From Parcubacteria group bacterium (lineage in GTDB: Bacteria > Patescibacteriota > Minisyncoccia > Phycocordibacterales > CSBR16-119), in assembly GCA_943356745.1 (NCBI GenBank), contig CALRFT010000001.1, positions 11,946 through 75,945 of the forward strand: a DNA stretch of 64,000 nt, in the 5' to 3' direction. The notes under the pieces are model-generated. The model saw nothing but the letters and a program-made list of their open reading frames with translations, was not told the origin of the DNA and searched no databases. The translations under genes were made by a program, and so were the position numbers. Numbering within the stretch: position 1 is the stretch's first letter; each line of letters opens with the position of its first letter. Positions 53,042 to 61,772 of this stretch are shown here, in pieces.

Positions 53042-54217
53042 CTAAATTCTTCTCTTAGGTTTTTGTAATGGTTTTTGAGTGGTTGGTTTTGAAATATCTT
53101 TAATAGAATGAGATGAGATGGTTGATGACACAGTTTGTTTTTTTTCTTGTTTCTCAATTGTTTTTTGAGAACTATTTTGTTGATTGTATATTCCAGCCTG
53201 TGACAAAACCCAGGCATTATATCTCTTGAGTATCATTTTAAATCCTTTTCCAAAAAGGAAAAATCCTAGCAATAAGATACTAAGTGCTTGCCATGGAATA
53301 ACAAAAAAATGATATGAGTCTTTTGCGTTTTGTGCTGATTCACCCCAAGTAATATCAAGTTTTGCTGTATACCAACCAAATTTAAAATCTTTCAATTGAA
53401 CTTTTACCGATTCGAAAAAACCAAGCTTTACAGGATTACCAGTATCATCAAGCTGTCTCTCATCTCCTAAATACACTTCGTATCGACGTGCACTACCAGG
53501 CAACACACTTCCTTCATTTTTATTAGCATTTACTTCCTCTGTTTTAAATCTAAAAGTATTTAAAAGAGAAACTGTTCCTCGAGGAACAACCCTGTCTCCC
53601 CCTGTGTTACTGAGCCTGTATTCCACGACAATAGGAGGGGTTGAAACAACACGAAGATTATTTTTAGTTGTAAAAGACACAAGTCCTCCACCTTCTTCAA
53701 TTTCACCATTTACCCGAAGCAAAATAAGAACTCCTACTTTCCCACCAACAGAAACCTGTCCACCTGACCCAGTTGGTGGTTGTGTACCGAAAAACACAGC
53801 GGCAAAATAACCTCCTGGTTTAGCAGAACTTGGGATTGCAATAGAAAAAGGAACCTTAACTTCTTCTGAAGAGGAAACAAGAACTGAATCAGTAGATCTC
53901 AGCCATGTAGCAAGCCCATCTTTAGCACCAATAAAATATGGCGCACCTGAGTCTCCTCTCGGTTCAAAATTTTCAAAAGAAACGTAGTAATTTTTTTGAG
54001 ATGACTCTCCAGCCGATTCATCAAAGAGTGCTATTTCTCCAGTGATTGTTTGGCCTGGATCACCTGATATTTCAAGACGAGCAGGAGAAACAGTAAGAGC
54101 AAACGCAAAAAAAGGAGCACTTATTGAGGCCAAAACAAAACCGAGTAGAATTATAAGTCTCCTTTTCATAGAAATAGTATATATTAAAATTAGAATTTTA
54201 GAAGTTTGCTGAAGCAA
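53042..54217 (-). CDS. surface beta-rich protein with C-terminal TM anchor and K/R/Q-rich cytoplasmic tail
   Basis: Signal peptide (APFFAFA), a body of about 280 aa, a TM helix (ALSILLLGFFLFG) and a long basic tail. The architecture resembles DUF916/DUF3324 CscA-type proteins (speculative). Confidence 0.5.
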   Translation of the reverse strand: MLQQTSKILILIYTISMKRRLIILLGFVLASISAPFFAFALTVSPARLEISGDPGQTITGEIALFDESAGESSQKNYYVSFENFEPRGDSGAPYFIGAKDGLATWLRSTDSVLVSSSEEVKVPFSIAIPSSAKPGGYFAAVFFGTQPPTGSGGQVSVGGKVGVLILLRVNGEIEEGGGLVSFTTKNNLRVVSTPPIVVEYRLSNTGGDRVVPRGTVSLLNTFRFKTEEVNANKNEGSVLPGSARRYEVYLGDERQLDDTGNPVKLGFFESVKVQLKDFKFGWYTAKLDITWGESAQNAKDSYHFFVIPWQALSILLLGFFLFGKGFKMILKRYNAWVLSQAGIYNQQNSSQKTIEKQEKKQTVSSTISSHSIKDISKPTTQKPLQKPKRRI

Positions 54218-55304
54218 GATATGTCAAAGTAGAGGAGTAGCTTCCAGCTTCTGTATTTGCACTAATGTTTGCGATATATCTTATTGAGTATGTTGTATCT
54301 GCGGTTGCGCCGGTAGCTGCTGCGAATTCATCTGGAAACGCAGCTGAATCAAAAGCAAATCCAGTAGATGCATATGGCGCAGATACTGTTCCTATTCCTC
54401 CTGAAGCAGTTGCTCTAATTCCAAACTGCTCTGTTCCAACAGAAGATGCTGTATTAGTAGAGCCAATAGCATCAATAGTATCTCCACCTGAAGTAAGTGT
54501 GGTTCCATTTAAAGAAAGAGTATATCCGTTTGAAGCATTTGTTCCAACGGTAAGTGTATGCGCTTCGACCTCAGAAGATCCTCCCGATGTATCACCTATT
54601 GCATATCTTGCAGCAGACGAAGAGAGACTTCCAAATCCAATAGTACTATCAGAAATTGTGAAAGTAATAGATTGAGCAACTGTTGCTGACACGGACACTT
54701 GGTCATCAGAAAGAATTGTTACTGAGATATTTCCAGAATCAGAAGCTCCAGCAGTAACAGCAATGGAATAAGTTGTCGCTGAAGATGGGTTTATATATTG
54801 AGAGTTCGTAGATCCACCTGTCGCATTTTCTCCTATCTCGATACACACCTCTGCTCCAACAGGAACTGTAGCAGACGCACCTCCTGATGTAAGAGTGAGG
54901 AGTCGATTTTCTGTAGTAGAAAACACAGCATTCCATTGAGAAGCTGTTGCACCTGACGCAACGAGTGTTTGCGCTGTTCCATCACAAATACCATCCGGGA
55001 CTGTATCAATCAAGAAATCAACATCACTAAAATCCAATGCACCCTGAGGGTCGTTTGATCCATCAAAATCTGATGGGAATGTGAGTGTTATTGTTTGCCC
55101 CGAAGCAACACCTGTTGGTGTTGTAAATTCGATTTCGTGATCGGATGCTTGGTTAACAGCGAGACGAGACATTATATCTGCAGCGTCAGTAATTGATGCA
55201 GCTTGCGCTACATAGAATGGAAAAAATGCCGTAAAGACTAAAATCGAGGAAGTAAGTACAGCGATTCCTTTTTGAAAGAATGAACTAAAAAATGCGTGCT
55301 TCAT
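54198..55304 (-). CDS. secreted Ser/Thr/Gly-rich surface protein sharing a C-terminal ~170-aa domain with the 1041-aa protein
   Basis: Signal peptide (YVAQA/AS). Its C-terminal domain (TISDSTIGFGSLSSSAARYA...TEQFGIRA...AFDSAAFPDE...AGSYSSTLTYLASANF) is homologous to 55402-55950. Confidence 0.55.
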   Translation of the reverse strand: MKHAFFSSFFQKGIAVLTSSILVFTAFFPFYVAQAASITDAADIMSRLAVNQASDHEIEFTTPTGVASGQTITLTFPSDFDGSNDPQGALDFSDVDFLIDTVPDGICDGTAQTLVASGATASQWNAVFSTTENRLLTLTSGGASATVPVGAEVCIEIGENATGGSTNSQYINPSSATTYSIAVTAGASDSGNISVTILSDDQVSVSATVAQSITFTISDSTIGFGSLSSSAARYAIGDTSGGSSEVEAHTLTVGTNASNGYTLSLNGTTLTSGGDTIDAIGSTNTASSVGTEQFGIRATASGGIGTVSAPYASTGFAFDSAAFPDEFAAATGATADTTYSIRYIANISANTEAGSYSSTLTYLASANF

Positions 55305-55345
55305 AAATAAAAGTTATTAAATAATACCTGTTTATTATACCAAAC

Positions 55346-55380
55346 AAAAAACAATCTTTCTGGATTGAAAGATTGTTTTA
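55346..55380 (-). terminator. intra-cluster terminator between the 1041-aa and 368-aa genes
   Basis: acaatctttc-tggatt-gaaagattgt followed by a T-run on the minus strand; a TATAAT follows 31 nt before the next ATG. Confidence 0.55.
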
Positions 55381-55401
55381 TTGTGGATATCTTATTCATT
55401 A

Positions 55402-58400
55402 TTAATAGCTCGCTGTTACAGTATATGTCAAAATTCCGTTATAAACCCCCGCTTCAGTTAAACTTGTAATGTTACTGAGATATCGTACTCCATACTCTGT
55501 TGGAGTATTATCACCACTTCCAGTCGCGATTTGATCAGGAAACGCGGCTGCATCAAAAGCAAATTCAGAAGCTTGATTATATGGAACAGAAACAGTACCA
55601 GTACCCGAATTCACAACAGCGCGAATTCCAAATTGCTCCGTACCGGGAGAAGAAGCGGCAGATGTTCCGCCTATTGAATTAATAGTTGCTCCACTGCAAG
55701 CATTACACGTGAGTGTTGTTCCATTAACAGTCAAAATATATCCTCCACTTGCATTTGTTGAAGCAGTTACAGTATGAGCGTCAGAAGAATCAGTTCCAGA
55801 CCCAAGAGTATCCCCTGTCGCATATCGAGCGCTACTTGGCGAAAGAGAACCAAACCCAATCGAGTTATCTGAAATGGTCATTGATATTTCTTGAACACCT
55901 CCAGCGGCTGCTGTGGTAATTTCAGGATAGTTTGTATAGGTATCAAATAAAGTACCACTAGTAGCCCCAACCACTCTAAAACAAAATGTTGTTTCAGGAT
56001 TTGCTCCATTATCACGTAAAGCAAAATCCCATTTGCCACTTTGACTTTGATTGGTGATGGAAGCTTGGTTGTTTGTGAATGGATTAGACTCAACATAACT
56101 TTGATTTACAATCGTTCGTCCACCGTCTGTCGGATCATTAGCATTTGGCGTAAGAGCTGCATCATCTGCCGGTGTCGGGTTATCCTGAAATGCAATAGAA
56201 GTCACACTAGTCACGTCAGTATACACAGCAGGTGTTCCACCGCTTGGAGATGCGCAAGTACCAGTTCCCTTGTCTACATACTGGAGTTTGAAATTTTTTC
56301 CATCAACAAAAAGATTTCCAAAATCATTTCGTATATTCATTCGAAGACGAAATACCTGATTGGTACTCGAAAGCGTTGCAGGAGTATCCTGAGCCGCAAG
56401 AACAGACCCCACATCTTGAGTATCTACATTTTCAAAAAATCTATACGTAGCCTGAGTATAACGCTTTGCATTCCATGCAGCAAAATCATAGGTGAAAGTA
56501 TTTTCATTTGAATCTACTCCAGTACCAAGACTAAATCCGTTTGAGATAAGATTTGTAATTTGATTTGTAATCGAAGGAAGAGCGAGAAATTGCGATGTAC
56601 TATCCCCTGTTTGAACAGAGGTACGAAGTAGAGCTCCCCGAGCTGTTCCACCCGTACGTTTTTTTATCCAGACAAGATCTGGCTGAAAACCAAGTGAGGT
56701 AATGTTTCTCACAGTACCGTTTCCTGTATAGGTTCCCACGCAAAAGGTTCCATCTTCAGTACAACTATTTCCCCCAAACATGAAATATGGAATTCGGATT
56801 GCGTTAACATTAGCAGCATTTGCACTTCCTATTTGAAAACCATCAGAGTTAAATGCTTGTATAAGATTCGAAGTAGAAGCCCCAGCATTAAATAGATTAG
56901 AAATATCTTCAACCATAGAACTTGTACGCCATGGAGAGAAGTTATTTGATAATGATTTGATTGTCACAAAATCTGGCTGAAATGGAAGCCTGTCTATATT
57001 TCTATTATCTTGAACATTTCCAGAATAAGCTCCTATTAAAAAATCAGAAGCAGTACCAACACCATCTGATTGAGATGCGTTACCAAACGCGGTCCAGTAA
57101 TAGGTATCTCCGGCAGTGTTTACTGTTGGACTTGTTCCTACTGAAAAACTATTGGTACCGAGAGCGGTAACACCCCCAGTAAAGTTAGAAAGTGCGAGAG
57201 CGAAATATCCGGTTGAATTTTGTCCTATACCTCGATGAGCCCAGACCGCCGCCTGGTCTGTGGCTTGATCTCTATGCTTTACAATAACTAGATCCGGATT
57301 AAAAGGAAGCCCTGCCACAGAAAAAGCAGCACCTGTTCCAGTATATGAACCGTTTATCATCCGAAACCTTCCACTGGTATCAAACGCCGGCTCAGGTGCC
57401 CCTCCAAAAACACCATAATAAGTAGTAACACCATTTACATTAACACCACTAGTTGAACTACCTACTTGAAACCCTCCTGTGCTAAAAAGTCTTTGGATAA
57501 TATTTGCCGACCCGGCAGCGTCAGTTGAAGGCATTGTAAAGTCACCATAAGATGCACGAAAATTTAAAAATCCATTTGTGGCTCCGGCTCCTTTTGCAAC
57601 CACGAAATCAGGCTGAAAAGTAAGTGCTGTATCGTCTGAAGAATCTATATTATTGTTATCGAGTCCATTTCCCACAAAAGAACCTGCCTTAAATGCTCCA
57701 GGGGTATTTTTAAATGCAAAATAATGATAGGTGTTTGCCGCGGTATTTACGGCGGCATTACTACCGATAGAAAATCCATTTGAAAGAATACTGTCTATTG
57801 CTCCCGATGCGATATCTGCCCCACCCCACTGACTTGAAACCGTACCACTATGGACACTTGTTTTAAACACCCCAATACTCCCACCCGCGCGCTTCACAGA
57901 TACAAAGTCTGGCTGGAAGCCGACAGAGGTAATATTTTGAGAAGTACCATTCCCAGTATAAGACCCAACACAAAAAGTCCCAGAAGAGTTACAATCTGAT
58001 CCACGAAAAGCAACCCAATAATATATTGTAGTGTTAGCGTTTACATCGCTGTCATTTCCGACTGTAAATCCATCACTATTGAAAGACTGAATGTGGTTGG
58101 TGGTGAGGTTTCCATCTGTCTCCGCCCAAGCCAAAGAAAGCTCCCCAGTCATAGTAGAAGTCTTGACCACCATCCCCTCACTACCCCCTGCGTCAAAATC
58201 TTTTACGATCACCATTTGAGGCTGAAAACCAACCTTGGTGATTTGTCGATTATCGACACCATTTCCCACATAGTATCCTGTTTGTATTTGAAAGGTAGCA
58301 GCATTTGCACGTTCCACCTCAGGCTGTAAAAGATGTCCAATGTGTCTATCCACCAGATTACCTTTTTCTTGGGTTGCAATATACAAAAGGTCAACAACAT

Positions 58401-58527
58401 TTCTATCTTCAATTTTCTGAGTTACGAAGTCTATCATATCTTGAGACGGGAAACCAGAAAAAAACATCGCAAACGCAAGTGTAAAAACCGCACAATATCG
58501 ATATATTTTTTTAATAATTTGCAACAT
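55402..58527 (-). CDS. large secreted repeat protein (1041 aa) with six GNG...GFQPD repeats and a conserved C-terminal domain
   Basis: Signal peptide. Repeats fit G(S/T)YxGNGxxxNITxxGFQPD(F/L)VxxK alternating with SNGFSxGS...TY(H/Y)YFAF. The C-terminal roughly 170 aa are homologous to the 368-aa neighbour. Confidence 0.6.
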   Translation of the reverse strand: MLQIIKKIYRYCAVFTLAFAMFFSGFPSQDMIDFVTQKIEDRNVVDLLYIATQEKGNLVDRHIGHLLQPEVERANAATFQIQTGYYVGNGVDNRQITKVGFQPQMVIVKDFDAGGSEGMVVKTSTMTGELSLAWAETDGNLTTNHIQSFNSDGFTVGNDSDVNANTTIYYWVAFRGSDCNSSGTFCVGSYTGNGTSQNITSVGFQPDFVSVKRAGGSIGVFKTSVHSGTVSSQWGGADIASGAIDSILSNGFSIGSNAAVNTAANTYHYFAFKNTPGAFKAGSFVGNGLDNNNIDSSDDTALTFQPDFVVAKGAGATNGFLNFRASYGDFTMPSTDAAGSANIIQRLFSTGGFQVGSSTSGVNVNGVTTYYGVFGGAPEPAFDTSGRFRMINGSYTGTGAAFSVAGLPFNPDLVIVKHRDQATDQAAVWAHRGIGQNSTGYFALALSNFTGGVTALGTNSFSVGTSPTVNTAGDTYYWTAFGNASQSDGVGTASDFLIGAYSGNVQDNRNIDRLPFQPDFVTIKSLSNNFSPWRTSSMVEDISNLFNAGASTSNLIQAFNSDGFQIGSANAANVNAIRIPYFMFGGNSCTEDGTFCVGTYTGNGTVRNITSLGFQPDLVWIKKRTGGTARGALLRTSVQTGDSTSQFLALPSITNQITNLISNGFSLGTGVDSNENTFTYDFAAWNAKRYTQATYRFFENVDTQDVGSVLAAQDTPATLSSTNQVFRLRMNIRNDFGNLFVDGKNFKLQYVDKGTGTCASPSGGTPAVYTDVTSVTSIAFQDNPTPADDAALTPNANDPTDGGRTIVNQSYVESNPFTNNQASITNQSQSGKWDFALRDNGANPETTFCFRVVGATSGTLFDTYTNYPEITTAAAGGVQEISMTISDNSIGFGSLSPSSARYATGDTLGSGTDSSDAHTVTASTNASGGYILTVNGTTLTCNACSGATINSIGGTSAASSPGTEQFGIRAVVNSGTGTVSVPYNQASEFAFDAAAFPDQIATGSGDNTPTEYGVRYLSNITSLTEAGVYNGILTYTVTASY

Positions 58528-59494
58528 ATTGATAAATAACCGACGAAATTTCTTTCATAATCATCTCCGCATCTTGGCGAGTTTTTTCTGATGGGACATC
58601 TATCATGAGAGTAATAAGATAAGGTCTATTTGGCACATAGACAATACCTGAATCAAGATAGATTGTATCTAAATCATTGATACCTATTTTATGTGCAAAG
58701 GTCACACCCTCTGGTATGCCGGCATCCAAAAAAGTATTAAAGTAGGTACTTGATAGTATTTCTAAAAGTGTTGTAGAGTGTTGTCTTGAGAGATAACTTG
58801 AGGTATACAAAGCACGAAAAATTCGAGTATATTCTCGCGCTGTAACTCTGTATTGAGAATCATAAAAATCACTAAACCCTAAAGCGTTGAAAAGTTCTTC
58901 ATATCCATCTTCGGACAGATTTCGAAGAAATATTCTGTGTGCGGTGTCATCTGAATTCACAAGAAGCTCAAATAAAAGCTCTTCTATAGTAAGTCGTGTA
59001 CCTACCGGCTCTTGATACAATTCTCCAAAATCACTATTTCTATCTTCCATAAAAAGTACTAGTTCGTTGGAAAGCTTCCATTCCCCATCTTGAATTTTTT
59101 TCATCACCACAAATGCTGTCGGCATTTTTGAAAGAGATGCTGGGAAAAATCGCTTTTCTTCATTTATAGAAATACTTGCCCCTGTGTTAAGATACTCAAA
59201 ATATAACCCTATCTCAAAACCCTGCGCTTCATATTCTCCAACACGGGAAACCAAATCACGCCGAATAGGTTCTATCGTTGTGAAAAAATGCTCCTGATCG
59301 ACAAAGCTTCGAGAAGCTTCGATGAGAGGAAAAGGGTTGATATAATCTTCGGACTTCCTTTCTCTTAGAAATAAAAATCCCCATACAATATTTGTACACA
59401 CAAAAACAATCAAAAATATCAGAGATATTTTTTTTGAATTCCACCAAGGTGTTTTTTTATTATTACTCTTCTCTTTCATATGATTAGTTTTCAA
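58511..59494 (-). CDS. membrane-anchored serine hydrolase, class A beta-lactamase / low-molecular-weight PBP-like
   Basis: SLSK (SxxK), SDDTA (SDN-like) and a KIG (KTG-like) triad with correct spacing; N-terminal TM helix. Confidence 0.6.
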   Translation of the reverse strand: MKTNHMKEKSNNKKTPWWNSKKISLIFLIVFVCTNIVWGFLFLRERKSEDYINPFPLIEASRSFVDQEHFFTTIEPIRRDLVSRVGEYEAQGFEIGLYFEYLNTGASISINEEKRFFPASLSKMPTAFVVMKKIQDGEWKLSNELVLFMEDRNSDFGELYQEPVGTRLTIEELLFELLVNSDDTAHRIFLRNLSEDGYEELFNALGFSDFYDSQYRVTAREYTRIFRALYTSSYLSRQHSTTLLEILSSTYFNTFLDAGIPEGVTFAHKIGINDLDTIYLDSGIVYVPNRPYLITLMIDVPSEKTRQDAEMIMKEISSVIYQYVANY

Positions 59495-60314
59495 TATTCA
59501 TCTGACATGTGGTGATTGATGGATTTGCCACACCTTTGGTAAATATAAAAGTCACACTAAAATTTCCATCTTGTGTTTCGCCATTTTTTTCTAGTGTAAA
59601 TGGAACTTCTTTTTGGTTGGAAGGTATTGATATCGATTGTCTTTCATTTTCTTTAAAGAAAATATCAAAACCGGGAGGAATACCTACTATCTCAAGATTT
59701 GCAGGACCACTGGCTTCATTATGGTTGACCATGACAACATTATTTTTGTTTGGAAGAAACTGCATATCGACAGAAAATGTTTCGATCCAACAGGCATGAA
59801 CCGCATTTATATCAGTGGTAAATTCTTTCACTTCAGGGATTGCGGATATGCTCGGGAGATCTTCTGGATCAATCAAAAGAATATCTTCCATATACTCCTC
59901 TTCTAATATTTGAGTTTCTTCTTCAGTAATTTGCTCTGGCTCATCTACAAATATATCTAAGATTTTTTCAAAAAATCCTGGCTTCTCTTGCTCAATATCT
60001 TCAATCGTAACTTCTGGTACTTCTTGAGTTGTTTTTTCTTGTAACACTTCAGTAGAATCTTGCTCAACGTCTTCTGTTGCAATAACTTCCACAAGTTCTT
60101 CGACTGGAGAATTTTCAACACTTTCTCCTAATACCTCTGGAGTTTCTGAATTTATTTCAGTTACTTGATCTTGTGATATTTCAGATACTGATTCTTCCGA
60201 AACTACTGGAGTTTCAGAAATATCTTGAGCAAGAGCAAATTGATATAAAGCAAAAACAGCAATAAGTACCCCTATTGCTTGAAAGGTATTTTTAAAACGA
60301 CTCATAAATTTCAT
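59484..60314 (-). CDS. secreted acidic (E/D/Q-rich) protein
   Basis: Signal peptide (FALA/QD), a long acidic low-complexity region, and a beta-rich C-terminal domain with Cys. Confidence 0.5.
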   Translation of the reverse strand: MKFMSRFKNTFQAIGVLIAVFALYQFALAQDISETPVVSEESVSEISQDQVTEINSETPEVLGESVENSPVEELVEVIATEDVEQDSTEVLQEKTTQEVPEVTIEDIEQEKPGFFEKILDIFVDEPEQITEEETQILEEEYMEDILLIDPEDLPSISAIPEVKEFTTDINAVHACWIETFSVDMQFLPNKNNVVMVNHNEASGPANLEIVGIPPGFDIFFKENERQSISIPSNQKEVPFTLEKNGETQDGNFSVTFIFTKGVANPSITTCQMNIEN

Positions 60315-60385
60315 ATATATAGTATATCAAACTTTTAATAATACATTTAAACAGCCTCTTGAGAGAGACTGTTTAAATAGTTATA

Positions 60386-60934
60386 TTATATTTCTTGAAA
60401 CTGTATTTGTGTTGGAATTTCAAATTGAGTTTTATCAACATCCCATTCCTGACAATCATAATCTCCAATCTGTTCCGCATTCCAAGAGTAAGTTCCTGAC
60501 ATTCCCGATTGTGACTGTGCGTTATTGGTATCAATAACGGAAACTTTGTATCCAATAGGCGCCATATTGGTCCAAGTATATGAGAATCCATCTCGAACAA
60601 TAACAGAAGAAAGAATACTCATCCCAGAAACTTGAGTTGTAAAATCTCCACGAATATTTCCATCATACAAGAACACTTTTCCTTGTGTTGATTGAGACAT
60701 TCCAGCATCAATATATTGATTAACTGTACACTGATATGATCCTTTATCTTGTTTCAAAAATTCTGAAAAAGCCATCTTTTTGCCCTGAGAATTATTTTCA
60801 TTTTCCGTCATTGTCTGATTGGAATCTTGAACTACTGGTGTATCTAATTTATTTGTAGATTTATTATTAATCAAAAATAACCCAAGACCAGCGAACACTA
60901 TTACTATAATTGCGATAATTGTTGTTTTTGCCAT
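60386..60934 (-). CDS. secreted hypothetical protein
   Basis: Start chosen at MAKTTIIAIIVIVFAGLGL (TM/signal); the ORF-track extension overlaps the upstream gene and terminator. Confidence 0.5.
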   Translation of the reverse strand: MAKTTIIAIIVIVFAGLGLFLINNKSTNKLDTPVVQDSNQTMTENENNSQGKKMAFSEFLKQDKGSYQCTVNQYIDAGMSQSTQGKVFLYDGNIRGDFTTQVSGMSILSSVIVRDGFSYTWTNMAPIGYKVSVIDTNNAQSQSGMSGTYSWNAEQIGDYDCQEWDVDKTQFEIPTQIQFQEI

Positions 60935-60954
60935 GAAAGCATTATAACAAATAC

Positions 60955-60983
60955 AAAAAGAAGCGACAGTGTCGCTTCTTTTT
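60955..60983 (-). terminator. rho-independent terminator
   Basis: aaaaagaagcgac-agt-gtcgcttcttttt. Confidence 0.8.
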
Positions 60984-61040
60984 AATGGGTCGAGGTATAT
61001 AAGTTTATGTTTGTTTGTGTATATAGGTTTTTGTAATTTT

Positions 61041-61712
61041 TTATGAAAGAATTTCTCCGATTCGGTTACCGATTTTTTTGAAAAATCCACCTTCTCTTTT
61101 TTCTTTCATTGTTTCTTTAAACTCTTGAATTCTATCTCCAAAAGTTTCCTTCATGAGTTCATGTGCTTCTTCATGTTTTCCTTCATCATGAAGAGTTTTT
61201 ACTTCTTCAAGAACAGCCTTGTCTTCATCAGAAAGAGATTCCATATCTATTGGAAAATGTGGCATTTGCCCAAGCATTGGAAACACCTCTTTGATTTCTT
61301 GCATTTTTTCTCGAGCAGCTTCATGATCACCAGACTCTCGAAGTTTATGAGCTTCTACCATGATTGAAAAAGTATCTTCTGTTACTTTTTCTGCAATAGT
61401 TTCACCCACAGCGTCCACGAAAGCATCGTAATCATTTGCCTCAAGGGCTGATTTTACAGCATCAGTTTTTTCCTTATCAAAATTTCCCATCATTTTAGGA
61501 GTTTTGAGTTCAATTCCATACTCTTTCATTTTAGTCTGAAGAGCTTCGAAATCTCCAGAATCACGCAATTCTTTAAGTTCATCTCTTTGATCTTGTGTAA
61601 GATCTTTAAATGGTCCTCCTTTATCTTCAGCAGCATACAAAGATGACGCGCTACTGAAAAGTATAGCGAGCATCAATGCAGTTACCCCTAAGTATTTTGT
61701 ACTTTTTTTCAT
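61041..61712 (-). CDS. LTXXQ-motif (CpxP/Spy-like) extracytoplasmic helical protein
   Basis: Signal peptide and an LTQDQRDELKEL motif, with repeated ...HEAAREKM.../...HEEAHELM... helical units. Confidence 0.5.
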   Translation of the reverse strand: MKKSTKYLGVTALMLAILFSSASSLYAAEDKGGPFKDLTQDQRDELKELRDSGDFEALQTKMKEYGIELKTPKMMGNFDKEKTDAVKSALEANDYDAFVDAVGETIAEKVTEDTFSIMVEAHKLRESGDHEAAREKMQEIKEVFPMLGQMPHFPIDMESLSDEDKAVLEEVKTLHDEGKHEEAHELMKETFGDRIQEFKETMKEKREGGFFKKIGNRIGEILS

Positions 61713-61772
61713 ATATTTTATATATTACAAATAAGATATTTAGTTTTATGTAATGTGCTTGTAGTATTCTGA

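Noticed and set aside
54265-56511. Plus-strand ORFs of 136 and 156 aa antisense to the surface-protein genes
   Set aside because: They are low-complexity products of reading Ser/Thr/Gly-rich genes in reverse, and they sit entirely inside coding sequence on the opposite strand.
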